Source: a bacterium (lineage in GTDB: Bacteria; Eisenbacteria; RBG-16-71-46). From it: DNA of 33,329 nucleotides. The stretch spans positions 1 through 33,329 of the forward strand of contig JAYWEM010000163.1 of assembly GCA_043779265.1 (NCBI GenBank). Direction: 5' to 3'. The notes under the pieces are model-generated. The model saw only the letters and a program-made list of their open reading frames with translations, was not told the origin of the DNA and did not search any database. This document shows positions 7,610 through 17,134 of this stretch, one piece after another (position 1 is the stretch's first letter; every line of letters begins with the position of its first letter). The translations under genes were made by a program, and so were the position numbers.

Positions 7610-9652
7610 TCAGACTCCGTATTCAGGCGCTGGCTTGTCGTGCAACCAGTGATCGAACCAGCGCCGGATGTGCTGCTGATTCTGCACCCGCCGCGACGGC
7701 ATGCCGCTGCGCGACAGCTCGTGATTCTCGCCCGGGAACCGCACCATCACCACCGGCTTCCTGCGATAGAGCAGGCCGCGGAACATGGCCTCCCCCTGGG
7801 CGATCGGCGTGCGCCAGTCGTCTTCGCTGTGGATCACCATCAGCGGCGTCTCGATCTTCTCGATCCAGGTCACCGGCGAGCGCTGTGCGAAATCCTCGGC
7901 ATGTTCCCAAGGCGCGCCGCGGAACCAGAACGGACTGAACATCGCGAAGTCGCAACTCGACCACATGTTGCCCCAGTCGGCGACGCAGCGCTGCGTGAGT
8001 GCCGCCTTGAAGCGGTGCGAGTGCGCGATGATCCAGTTGGTCAGCAGCCCGCCGTAACTGCCTCCGGTCACTCCCATGCGCGATTCGTCCACCCAGCCGC
8101 GCGCGATCAGCAGATCGACGCCGGCCAGCACGTCCTCATGCTCCGTGCTCGGCATGTGGTACTGGAGTCGATTGCCGAACTCGTGCCCATAGCTCGTGCT
8201 GCCGTGTGGGTTCGTGTAGAGGACGAGATTCCCGGCCTCGGCGAGCACGCGGAACTCATGGAAGAAGCCCACACCGTACGCCGTGTGCGGTCCGCCGTGG
8301 ATCTCGACGACGAGCGGTAGACGCTTGCTTCCGTCCCACCCTTTCGGCTTGACCACCCAACCCTGGATCGCGACGCCATCGGGCATCGTCCACTCGAGCG
8401 CCTCGACCTCGCCGAGCACGCCATCGCCCAGGAGCGCGGCGTTCGGATCGAACAACTTCGTCAGCGTGCGGCTCTCGAGGTCGTAAAGGCAAATCTCACC
8501 CGGTGTCCCCAGCGAACCGAGCGTCAGCGCGACGCGGCGGCCGTCGGCCGAGACGCTGCCGGCTGCCACCTCATGATCGGCGTCGGTGAGCACGTCGATG
8601 GTGCCCTTGGCCAGATCGTAGCGAGCCAGCGGCGCCGATCCCTTCCAGATGTACGAGAAGATCACACCGCCATCGGCGGTGAAGCCCAGCGGCGGCTCGC
8701 CGCCGCCTCGCGGCGCGTGCTGATCGGAGTTGATGCTCTGGCCGACGTCCAGGTCGGAGCCCTGCGTGAGCACACGAGGCGACCTCATCGGCCACGTGCC
8801 CTCGAACAGCAGGAGGTCAGCGAGGTCGTAGCTGTTGGGTTGCTCGGGGCGCACGCCGCCGATTGCGACGATGTGACCGCCCTCGCCCTCGACGTACTGG
8901 CCGATGGGCCCGGCGATGTCGGCGACGACCAGCGCGTCCCCACCGTCGGTCGGGCTCGCGAGATCAGCCGGGATCGCTCGCAGGTCATTGTCCTCGGAGG
9001 GTTTCCCGAACCAAGGCTGTTCGCGCCGATCCGTCGCATAGAACACGAAGCGCCCATCGCGCGAGAAGCGCGGCGCCGATTCGCGGAACCGATCGCCGCA
9101 GGTCAACGCGCGCGTGGCACCGCTCGCCACGTCGACGACCCACACATGATCGAGGTGATCCCAATCATGGAAGCCCTCATTGTTCCACCGCCACTCCGGC
9201 CGCTTCACGATGCGCGAGGGCTCGTGCTTGGGCTTCTTGGCCTCCGCGGTGTCGAGCTTCGGGTTGTGCCCGGACGTGAACACGATCCTGGTCCCGTCGG
9301 GGGACCATGCGGGTGAACCTGCGCCCTTCTTGAGGGTCGTCAGTCGGCGCGGCTCGCCACCATCCAATGGCAGCAGATGAATCTGCGCATCGCCCTCCGC
9401 ATCCGCTTTGCGGACGAAGGCGAGCGTCCGCCCATCGGGGGACCAGCGCGGCTGACTGTCGCGTCCGCCGAACGTGAGTTGCCGCGGGACCGCTGACTGC
9501 CCGGACGGCGGCACCTCCACCAGCCACAGATGAGTGCGGTACTCGTCCGCCTCGATGTCCACCGAGACCAGCGTGAACGCGATGCGCAAACCATCGGGCG
9601 AGATCCTCGGGTCGGCGACCCAGCGGAACCTGAGCAGATCCTCTTCGAGCAT
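7610..9652 (-). CDS. S9 family peptidase (acylaminoacyl/dipeptidyl peptidase) with PD40 beta-propeller
   Basis: PRWSPDG and PAWSPDG repeats; IHGGPH; nucleophile GGSYGG; catalytic D (EDDWR) and H (ENHEL). Confidence 0.95.
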   Translation of the reverse strand: MLEEDLLRFRWVADPRISPDGLRIAFTLVSVDIEADEYRTHLWLVEVPPSGQSAVPRQLTFGGRDSQPRWSPDGRTLAFVRKADAEGDAQIHLLPLDGGEPRRLTTLKKGAGSPAWSPDGTRIVFTSGHNPKLDTAEAKKPKHEPSRIVKRPEWRWNNEGFHDWDHLDHVWVVDVASGATRALTCGDRFRESAPRFSRDGRFVFYATDRREQPWFGKPSEDNDLRAIPADLASPTDGGDALVVADIAGPIGQYVEGEGGHIVAIGGVRPEQPNSYDLADLLLFEGTWPMRSPRVLTQGSDLDVGQSINSDQHAPRGGGEPPLGFTADGGVIFSYIWKGSAPLARYDLAKGTIDVLTDADHEVAAGSVSADGRRVALTLGSLGTPGEICLYDLESRTLTKLFDPNAALLGDGVLGEVEALEWTMPDGVAIQGWVVKPKGWDGSKRLPLVVEIHGGPHTAYGVGFFHEFRVLAEAGNLVLYTNPHGSTSYGHEFGNRLQYHMPSTEHEDVLAGVDLLIARGWVDESRMGVTGGSYGGLLTNWIIAHSHRFKAALTQRCVADWGNMWSSCDFAMFSPFWFRGAPWEHAEDFAQRSPVTWIEKIETPLMVIHSEDDWRTPIAQGEAMFRGLLYRRKPVVMVRFPGENHELSRSGMPSRRVQNQQHIRRWFDHWLHDKPAPEYGV

Positions 9653-9765
9653 GGCGCGACCCTCGTCGGATGAGTTCGGAGTATGCGAGTGGGCAGGCTA
9701 GGCGTCGCCGAGTGTGCGGGTCAATCGTCGGCACGACCAGCGCGGCGTGCTAGTCTCCCGCCGCC

Positions 9766-10071
9766 ATGGACCGCTCCCTCCTGCCTCGCGAACTCCGCCC
9801 CTTCATCGACGACACCGGTCGACTGACGCAGTGGCCCAGTCGGCAGAAGGTGCAGCGCATGGCGATCACGCTGCTCGCGCGCCGATTCGAACCCGGGCGG
9901 ACCTACACCGAGCGCGAGGTGAACTTCCTGCTGATCGAGGGGCACACGTTCGGGGACTGGGCGATCCTGCGGCGCTCGATGATCGACTGGCGCTACATGG
10001 ACCGCGATGATTCGGGCCGCGACTATCGCCTGAGGCCGGACGCTCCCACTGCCCTCGAGGGCGCCGGATGA
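9766..10071 (+). CDS. DUF2087 domain protein
   Basis: GRLTQWPSRQK, FEPGRTYTEREVN, DWAILRRSMID, R..SG.DY pattern; extended -10 TGCTAGTCT (9748-9756) just upstream. Confidence 0.85.
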   Translation: MDRSLLPRELRPFIDDTGRLTQWPSRQKVQRMAITLLARRFEPGRTYTEREVNFLLIEGHTFGDWAILRRSMIDWRYMDRDDSGRDYRLRPDAPTALEGAG

Positions 10072-10955
10072 AGTCGCCCGAGTCAGGAGCGGGTCCGTGG
10101 CTCGCCTTCCTCACGTGCTGCCTCATCTGGGGCAGCACGTTCCTCTTCATCCGCATCGGCAACGACAGCATGCCGCCAGTCTGGGCCGCTACGATCCGGC
10201 TCGCGTTGGCCAGCGTCCTGCTCGGCGCGATCGCCCGCGCACTCGGGCGCCGATTCCCGAGGGGAGCCGAGTTGCGCGCCGCGCTGTGGTTCGGATTCGT
10301 CAACTTCGGCATCAGCCTCCCACTGCTCTACTGGGGCGAGCTCACGGTCCCGTCGGGCATCGCGAGCGTTCTGTACGCCACGATCCCGCTGACCACCGCA
10401 CTGTTCGCCTGGGGATTCCGGCTCGAGTCGCTGCGGCCGGGAACGCTGATCGCCTCGGTGATCGCGCTCGCCGGCGTCGCGATGATCGGGGCCGCGCCGC
10501 TAGGGCCGGGCGTCTCCGCGCTCGCGGTTGCAGCGGTCGTGATGGGGGCCGTGATGGCCAGCCTCTCGGGCGTGCTGCTCAAGCGCGCGCCGGACGGGGA
10601 TCCATTCGCGGTCAACTGCATCGCGAATGGCATCGGTGCGATCGTCTGCCTCGTGATCAGCGGCTTCGTCGGGGAGCCATGGGAGATGCCACGCGGCGCC
10701 TCGTGGATCCCGCTGATCTACCTGACCGTCATCGGCTCGATCGGCGCGTTCGTGACCTTCGCCTGGCTCGTCCAGCGCTGGCCGGTCTCGCGGATCAGCT
10801 TCATCTCGGTCGTCACGCCGATCGTCGGCACCGTGCTCGGGGCGCTCGTGCTGAGCGAGCGCCTGACACCCACGTCCGTCGTGGGCTCGATCATCGTGAT
10901 CTCGGCCGTGGTGCTTGGCATCTGGACCGACTTGGCGAGTCGCCAGCGTGCCTGA
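10068..10955 (+). CDS. EamA/DMT family transporter
   Basis: LIWGSTF..IR motif, about 10 TM segments, duplicated EamA pattern; ATGA overlap with the upstream gene. Confidence 0.93.
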   Translation: MKSPESGAGPWLAFLTCCLIWGSTFLFIRIGNDSMPPVWAATIRLALASVLLGAIARALGRRFPRGAELRAALWFGFVNFGISLPLLYWGELTVPSGIASVLYATIPLTTALFAWGFRLESLRPGTLIASVIALAGVAMIGAAPLGPGVSALAVAAVVMGAVMASLSGVLLKRAPDGDPFAVNCIANGIGAIVCLVISGFVGEPWEMPRGASWIPLIYLTVIGSIGAFVTFAWLVQRWPVSRISFISVVTPIVGTVLGALVLSERLTPTSVVGSIIVISAVVLGIWTDLASRQRA

Positions 10956-10979
10956 GTCCCGGCGAACCGGCGCCGTCGG

Positions 10980-11846
10980 CTAGACCACGCCCCAAGCCGC
11001 TCTCACCGTGGGCAGCACGCGCGGCTCATTCTCGCGCCGCTCGAGATCGGCCAGCCGTGACGCGATCCGTGCGCCGTACTCCACCGCACTCCACTCGCCC
11101 ACTACTTCGATCTCCGCTTCGTCGCCATTCATGTGGGCCGGGAAGGGTCGCTTCAGATCGAGCACGCGGCCTCCTCCGTCGACGGGAAGACGCGCCAGCA
11201 TCGCCGCCGCGACGCCGAAGCCCTCTTCGTCCGCGTCCTCAAGCCAATCGAGCAGGAACTCGACCGTGCTCGCACAGGCGAACGGAAGTGCCTGGCGCGT
11301 GAGCGACTCGCGACCCGCGGGCTCCAGATGCCGCCACAGTCCACGCGCCACGGGCAACACGCGACGGTCGCCGAGCGCCAACAGTCCTGCGATCAAGCCG
11401 ACGCGGACCGCATCGTCATCGGCGTGCGGCACGAGTGCCGCGATCGTCTTCGGCCCGGTCATGGGATCGCCCTCGGCCAGCGGCATGTGCGCCGCGAAGG
11501 CGAGCGCCGCCGACTGGACGATCGCCGCGTCGGGCTCATGCTGCAGGAACGGCATCAGGGCGAGCACGCTGGTGGAACTCGACTCGACTGCCTCGATCAC
11601 ACGCTCGAGCAGCTCCATCCGCTCCGCGCCGGTCACACGCGCCACCAACTCGGCGTAGAGGCCGGCGAGACCGGTGCCGGCCTCGGACTCACCCGAGCCG
11701 AGGTAGAGCGCCTGCTGAAAGGCGATCAGCAGCAGTTCGTCGGCATCGAGCCGCTTCCACGCATCGGGGTCGCGTCCCCACTCGACCAACTGACGCAAGT
11801 AGTCGCTTGAGGGTGTGCTCGGCTTGGATCGACGGGGTCGGCTCAT
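10980..11846 (-). CDS. Hypothetical alpha-helical (HEAT-like) protein
   Basis: Long ORF with HEAT-like segments (DDAVRVGLIAGLLALGD). Start chosen from promoter TGGACG-N17-CAGTCT (11884-11856) 9 nt upstream. Confidence 0.7.
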   Translation of the reverse strand: MSRPRRSKPSTPSSDYLRQLVEWGRDPDAWKRLDADELLLIAFQQALYLGSGESEAGTGLAGLYAELVARVTGAERMELLERVIEAVESSSTSVLALMPFLQHEPDAAIVQSAALAFAAHMPLAEGDPMTGPKTIAALVPHADDDAVRVGLIAGLLALGDRRVLPVARGLWRHLEPAGRESLTRQALPFACASTVEFLLDWLEDADEEGFGVAAAMLARLPVDGGGRVLDLKRPFPAHMNGDEAEIEVVGEWSAVEYGARIASRLADLERRENEPRVLPTVRAAWGVV

Positions 11847-11956
11847 GGACCGATGAGACTGCCAGTCGAACCGGTTCGCGTCCATCTGGACGTTGGCTCC
11901 AGACAGCCGCGTGCGGCAGAGTGAGCGGACCGACGTCCTACGACGAGGGAGGCCCC

Positions 11957-14278
11957 ATGCTCGCTGCACTGCGCCGCTATGCCGACTGGCTCCACCTGCG
12001 CTGGCCCGCGGGGACCGTCGAAGCGCTGCCCGAGGTGCAAGAGGACGGCACGACCGCCGTACCCGGCCTCTTCATCGCCGGCGATCTCGGGGGCACCCCG
12101 CTCCTCAAGTTCGCACTCGACTCCGGGGCGAAGCTCGCGCAGCGAGTCGCGTGCGAGTCGGCGGGCCGAGCGACCATAGCGGGCCGGCTCGATCTCGTGA
12201 TCGTCGGCGGCGGCGTCGCGGGAATGGCGGCAGCGCTCGAAGTCAAGCGCGCGGGACTGCGCTTCGAAGTGCTCGAGGCGGCACAACCGTTCTTCACCAT
12301 CGTCAACTTCCCCAAGGCCAAACCGATCTTCACCTACCCTCTCGCCATGACCCCGTCGGGCTCGCTGCAGGTCCGGGCCGAGGTGAAGGAGGAACTGGTC
12401 GAGGAACTCGATCGACAGGTCCGCTCCGCAGGCATCGAAGTGCGATCCGGCCGCGCGGAGCGCGTCGAGCGCCGCGGCACCGATCATCTCGTGGTGCACC
12501 TGAGCGACGGCGAGCCGATCGAAGCCCACGCCGTCATCGTCGCCATCGGCCGCAGCGGCGACTTCCGTCTGCTGCGCGTGCCCGGTGAGGAGTTGCCCAA
12601 GGTCTACAACCGCCTGCACGACCCCATGGAGTACGCCGGCCGCAAGGCGATGGTGGTCGGAGGCGGCGACTCCGCGCTCGAGGTGGCGATCGCACTGGCG
12701 CAGGGTGGCGCCGACGTGACGCTCTCCTATCGCCGCGCCGAGTTCGCGAGGCCGAAGCCCGAGAACCACGCGAGGCTGCAGAAGCTCCTCTCCGACCCCA
12801 ACGCCGCGATCGGCATCGAGCACCCGAGCAGCGAGCGCGTCGCCACGGCGATGACAGCCGCGATGCGCGCAGGAAGACCCGCGGGGCGCATCACGCTCCG
12901 CATGGGCACCGAGGTCGCGCGCATCGAGGCCGACCACGTCGTGCTCCGAGGCGGCGAGGCGGCTGAGGAGCGCGTGCCCAACGACGTCGTGTTCCCGATG
13001 CTCGGCCGCGAGGCGCCGCTCGCCTTCTTCCGTCGCTCGGGCGTGCCCATCGCGGGCGAGATGACGCCCGCGCGCTGGGCGGCGATGACCGCCTTCCTTC
13101 TCTTTTGCACGTGGCTCTACGACTGGAAATCGGGCGGCTTCTTCACCGCTCTCTGGTATCGCCAGAAGTGGTTCCCGGTGAACCTGCCGGATCTGCTGGC
13201 GGCCACGGGCGGCGCGCTGGCGGTGGCATCCGCCGATCCCTCGACCCTGCTCGGCACACTGGCGATCAGCGCCTCGGGCCCATCGTTCTATGTGACGCTC
13301 GCCTACTCGCTCATCGTGTGCAGCTTCGGCATCGCACGCATCCGACGCCGCCGCACGCCCTACATCACCGTGCAGACCTGGACGCTGATGCTGGTGCAGG
13401 TCATTCCGCTCTTCTTGTTGCCCGAGCTGATCCTGCCGCTCATGGATCAGCACCATGGGATCTCGAAGGGCGTCGCCGATGCGCTGTTCCCGGCGGTCGA
13501 CTACGGCCACGGCCGCGAGTTCTGGCGCGCGTATGGGTTCATCCTCGCGTGGCCCCTGAACGTGTACAACATCTTCACGCAGGAGCCGCTGTGGGCATGG
13601 ATCGGCATCGGGTTCGTTCAGACGTGCGTGATCATCCCGCTCGGGATCTGGCGATTCGGCAAGGGCTTCTACTGCGGCTGGATCTGCTCGTGCGGCGCGC
13701 TCGCCGAGACGCTCGGCGACACGCACCGTCACAAGATGCCGCACGGTCCCGGCTGGAACCGCCTCAACCTGGCCGGGCAGGGGGTCCTGGGGATCGCCGT
13801 GATCATGTTGATCCTGCGCGTCGTGAGCTGGGCATGGCCCGGCGCCGATCCGATCGACGCCGTGTTCGACCCGTGGTTGAAGACGCCCTACAAGTGGATC
13901 GTCGATGTGTTCCTGGCTGGCGTGGTCGGCTACGGCGTCTACTTCTGGTACTCGGGGCGCGCGTGGTGCCGATTCTTCTGTCCATTGGCCGCGCTCATGC
14001 ACATCTACGCGCGGTTCTCGCGCTTCGCGATCGTGCCCGAGAAGAAGAAGTGCATCTCGTGCACTCAGTGCACGACCGTCTGCCACATGGGCATCGACGT
14101 GATGAGCTTCGCCAACAAGGGAGTGCCCATGCAGGACCCCGAGTGCGTGCGGTGCTCGGCCTGCGTGCACGTCTGTCCGACCGGCGTGCTGCAGTTCGGT
14201 CAGGTGCGCGGCGACGGCTCGCTCATCTCGGTGGACTCGCTGATGGCTTCGCCGGTGATCATGCGCGAGGGGGGCTGA
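11957..14278 (+). CDS. NAD(P)/FAD oxidoreductase (TrxB/YpdA-like) fused to NapH/MauN-like membrane 4Fe-4S domain
   Basis: RBS GGGAGG; VPGLFIAGD, IVGGGVAG, AIGRSG, VVGGGDSALE; multiple TMs; CGWICSCG, CRFFCP, CISCTQCTTVC, CVRCSACVHVCP. Confidence 0.9.
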   Translation: MLAALRRYADWLHLRWPAGTVEALPEVQEDGTTAVPGLFIAGDLGGTPLLKFALDSGAKLAQRVACESAGRATIAGRLDLVIVGGGVAGMAAALEVKRAGLRFEVLEAAQPFFTIVNFPKAKPIFTYPLAMTPSGSLQVRAEVKEELVEELDRQVRSAGIEVRSGRAERVERRGTDHLVVHLSDGEPIEAHAVIVAIGRSGDFRLLRVPGEELPKVYNRLHDPMEYAGRKAMVVGGGDSALEVAIALAQGGADVTLSYRRAEFARPKPENHARLQKLLSDPNAAIGIEHPSSERVATAMTAAMRAGRPAGRITLRMGTEVARIEADHVVLRGGEAAEERVPNDVVFPMLGREAPLAFFRRSGVPIAGEMTPARWAAMTAFLLFCTWLYDWKSGGFFTALWYRQKWFPVNLPDLLAATGGALAVASADPSTLLGTLAISASGPSFYVTLAYSLIVCSFGIARIRRRRTPYITVQTWTLMLVQVIPLFLLPELILPLMDQHHGISKGVADALFPAVDYGHGREFWRAYGFILAWPLNVYNIFTQEPLWAWIGIGFVQTCVIIPLGIWRFGKGFYCGWICSCGALAETLGDTHRHKMPHGPGWNRLNLAGQGVLGIAVIMLILRVVSWAWPGADPIDAVFDPWLKTPYKWIVDVFLAGVVGYGVYFWYSGRAWCRFFCPLAALMHIYARFSRFAIVPEKKKCISCTQCTTVCHMGIDVMSFANKGVPMQDPECVRCSACVHVCPTGVLQFGQVRGDGSLISVDSLMASPVIMREGG

Positions 14279-14289
14279 GCGCCCCCCTC
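14267..14289. terminator. Hairpin at a convergent gene junction
   Basis: GAGGGGGGC-tgagc-GCCCCCCTC, perfect 9-bp stem; no clear U tract. Confidence 0.4.
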
Positions 14290-14297
14290 CCCTTCGC

Positions 14298-17000
14298 CTA
14301 CTCCCCCATCTCCTTCGTCACCGCCTTCACCTCGACCCACTGCTCGCGCGAGGCCTTGCCCGCCGTCAGCACGACCTTGTAGCGGCCGGGCGCCACGTGC
14401 CGCGTCTGGCCACCGTCGGCGTTGAACGCGAGCCGTTGCGCAGGTTCGCCAGCCACGAGGTCCCACGTCACGCGGTGGAAACCGGGACGGCCCGATCCAC
14501 CGGTGAGGTTGCGGACCAGCTTGCCGCTCGCGTCCTCGATCTTGAACGAGACGCCGTCCTCCATCTCCTGCGGCAGGAAGTAGTCGAACCACGCGCCGAA
14601 TGCCGGGTTCTTGGCGGCGAATTGCCGTTGCCCCCACTTGTGTCCGAGCGCACGGGCATGCCACGTCCACGCGGTCTTCGGCGTGAAGAACGAGATGCTG
14701 TCGGCGAGCGCACGGGGTGACCATTCCTCGAACGCCTGGATGCCGTCGAGCACGTAGAGGCTGCGTCCGTGCGTGCCCACGATGAGGTCGAGGTCCCGCG
14801 GATGGATGAGCAGGTCGTCCACCGGCACGGTCGGCAGCCCCGGCATCTTCATCCAGCGCTTGCCCGCATCGAGGCTCATCCACACTCCGGTCTCGGTGCC
14901 GACGAACAGCAGGTCCTTGTTGCGCCGGCCCGCGCGAACGACCTTGACCGGCACATCGGCCGGCAGCCCGGCGCTGATCGACGTCCACGATCGACCGCGG
15001 TCGCGCGTCACCAGGAGGTACGGGCGGTCATCGTCGGTGCGATGCCCATCGAACGCGGCGTACGCGACGTTGGCGTCCTGGTGCGAGGCCTCGATGCGGC
15101 TCACGTAGGTGCCCTTGGGGACGCCGCGCAGATTCGCCGTCAGGTCGCTCCACTTGGCCCCGGCATCGGAACTCACCCACAGCTTGCCGTCGTCGGTTCC
15201 CGCCCAGAGCAGTCCGGCCTGCACCGGCGACTCGGTGAGCGAGACGATGGTGCAGTGCTGCTCGGCGTCCGAGCCGCCGCTCATCATGCGATCGGCATCG
15301 CGTGTCGTCAGGTCCGGGCTCACCTTCTGCCAGCGGTCGCCTCGCTCGGTCAGCTTGAACACGAACTGTCCTCCCATCCACAGCGCACTGGGATCGTGCG
15401 GCGAGATCAGGAAGGGCGTGTTCCAGTTGAAGCGGAACACGGGCTCGCCCTCGTTGTGAGATGGCCGCAGCAGGCGCTCGCGCCCAGTGGCCAGGTCCTG
15501 CCGCATCAGGTGGCCACCCTGGGACTCGTAGTAGACCGTGTTCGCGTCGGTCGGATCGACGGCGACATGGAATCCATCCCCGCCACCGAGCACGTACCAG
15601 TGGTCGTTCATGATGCCGTGCCCGGCGCGCGTGGCATCGAGCCAGCTCTCGACTTCGAAACGCGTGCGGGACGGACCGCCCCAGCTCTGGTTGTCCTGCA
15701 GCCCGCCGTAGATGCGGTAATAGGGCTCGCGCAGGTCGGCAGCGACATTGTAGAACTGGCCGAGGGCGAGGTTGTCGAGATAGCTCCAAGTCTCGCCGCG
15801 ATCCCAACTCTGCTTGATTCCGCCGTCGGTGCCGAGCAGCAGATGCTTGCCGTTGCCGGGATCGATCCACATGGCGTGCATGTCGGGGTGCAGGTTCTTC
15901 GAACCGCCGCCTCGGAACGTGCGGCCGCCATCATCCGACACCGTCACCTGGAAACCATGCAGGTAGACGCGCGAGCTGTCATCCGGCTGCACGCGGATCT
16001 GGCTGAAGTAGAAGCCCCGCGGCGACCACGGCGACAGACGCTCCCAGCGCTCCCCTCCATCGGTGGTGCGGAAGACGCCGCCGGTGGGACTGTCGTCCTG
16101 GAACGCGGCGGTGCGGCCTCCGTCGTCGCTCTCGATCACCGCCAGCACGACGTTCGGCGCCTTGGCGTAGATCGAGAGGCCGATGCGTCCGGTCCGCGCC
16201 GGTAGCCCGTTCGTCAGTCGCTTCCAGGTCGAGCCGCCATCGCGGGTCCGCCAGATTCCGGCCCTGTCCGAGACACCGCTGAACGACCACGGCGTGCGCT
16301 TGCGGGCCCACAGCGCGGCGTAGACGGTGCGCGGGTCGTTGGGGTCGATGGCGATATCGACGGCTCCGGTCTGCGCATCGACCTTGAGCGAGTGCTGCCA
16401 CGTGCGGCCGCCATCCGATGTCTTGAACACGCCGCGCTCGGGATTCTCGCCCCACAATCGGCCGAGCGCGGCGACGTAGACGACGTTGCTGTCGCTCGGA
16501 TGCGTGACGATGCGCCCGATGTTCGACGTCCGCTCGAGCCCGACCCGCTTCCAGGTCGCGCCGGCATCCTCGGACTTGTACACGCCCTTGCCCCACGACG
16601 AGGAGTTGCGGCTGTTGGACTCCCCCGTCCCGACCCAGACCAGTTTGGGATTGCGCTGCCACAATGCCACCGAGCCGATCGAGGAGACGTCTTCCTTGTC
16701 GAACAGGGCGCTCCAGGTCGTGCCGTGGTTCGTGGTCTTGAACAAGCCGCCGGTTCCGGTGCCGACATACCACGTCGCCGGGTCGGACTCGACGGCGACG
16801 ATGTCACTGATGCGGCCGCCCATGTTGGCGGGCCCGATGGAGCGGAAGGCGAGCTCCTTGAAGAGCTTCATCTCGAGCGCGGGCGATCTCGCGCCCATAG
16901 CGGCCGGCGGCGCTGCGGAGGAGACTGCCGGGCTCAGCGCTGCGAGGAACGCCAAGCCTAAGCCGATCGCGTGGCGGGAGAACGGAACCGGAGCGGCCAT
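14298..17000 (-). CDS. Secreted BNR/Asp-box (VPS10/sortilin-like) beta-propeller protein
   Basis: RBS AGGAG before ATG 17000; signal peptide; RSIGPANMGGRI; many S/T.D.G.TW repeats; GGLQDN; GTHGRS; extended -10 TGCTAGCGT near 17080. Confidence 0.9.
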   Translation of the reverse strand: MAAPVPFSRHAIGLGLAFLAALSPAVSSAAPPAAMGARSPALEMKLFKELAFRSIGPANMGGRISDIVAVESDPATWYVGTGTGGLFKTTNHGTTWSALFDKEDVSSIGSVALWQRNPKLVWVGTGESNSRNSSSWGKGVYKSEDAGATWKRVGLERTSNIGRIVTHPSDSNVVYVAALGRLWGENPERGVFKTSDGGRTWQHSLKVDAQTGAVDIAIDPNDPRTVYAALWARKRTPWSFSGVSDRAGIWRTRDGGSTWKRLTNGLPARTGRIGLSIYAKAPNVVLAVIESDDGGRTAAFQDDSPTGGVFRTTDGGERWERLSPWSPRGFYFSQIRVQPDDSSRVYLHGFQVTVSDDGGRTFRGGGSKNLHPDMHAMWIDPGNGKHLLLGTDGGIKQSWDRGETWSYLDNLALGQFYNVAADLREPYYRIYGGLQDNQSWGGPSRTRFEVESWLDATRAGHGIMNDHWYVLGGGDGFHVAVDPTDANTVYYESQGGHLMRQDLATGRERLLRPSHNEGEPVFRFNWNTPFLISPHDPSALWMGGQFVFKLTERGDRWQKVSPDLTTRDADRMMSGGSDAEQHCTIVSLTESPVQAGLLWAGTDDGKLWVSSDAGAKWSDLTANLRGVPKGTYVSRIEASHQDANVAYAAFDGHRTDDDRPYLLVTRDRGRSWTSISAGLPADVPVKVVRAGRRNKDLLFVGTETGVWMSLDAGKRWMKMPGLPTVPVDDLLIHPRDLDLIVGTHGRSLYVLDGIQAFEEWSPRALADSISFFTPKTAWTWHARALGHKWGQRQFAAKNPAFGAWFDYFLPQEMEDGVSFKIEDASGKLVRNLTGGSGRPGFHRVTWDLVAGEPAQRLAFNADGGQTRHVAPGRYKVVLTAGKASREQWVEVKAVTKEMGE

Positions 17001-17134
17001 CGGGAGATCTCCTGCGAGGCCGGACGAGGCGCCTGCGGATCGTCCGGCGTGAATTCCTGATCCATCGGGACGGGCGCGGACGCTAGCACAGCTCCCGTGC
17101 CGATTCGGCGGCCACTCCCGACCAGCGCGGTGGT

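Noticed and set aside
7551..7617. Inverted repeat GAGTCTGA...TCAGACTC as a mobile element end
   Set aside because: Formed by the Val-stop ends of two convergent genes; no transposase or target duplication.
11843..14170. 775-aa antisense ORF and other long shadow ORFs (2287-3672, 14769-16205, 24651-25994, 19482-20543)
   Set aside because: They lie antisense to genes with clear motifs; typical high-GC artefacts.
16958..17065. Out-of-frame upstream ORF (MDQEFTPDD...) overlapping the BNR gene start
   Set aside because: No RBS or recognisable features; the main gene has a good AGGAG RBS.
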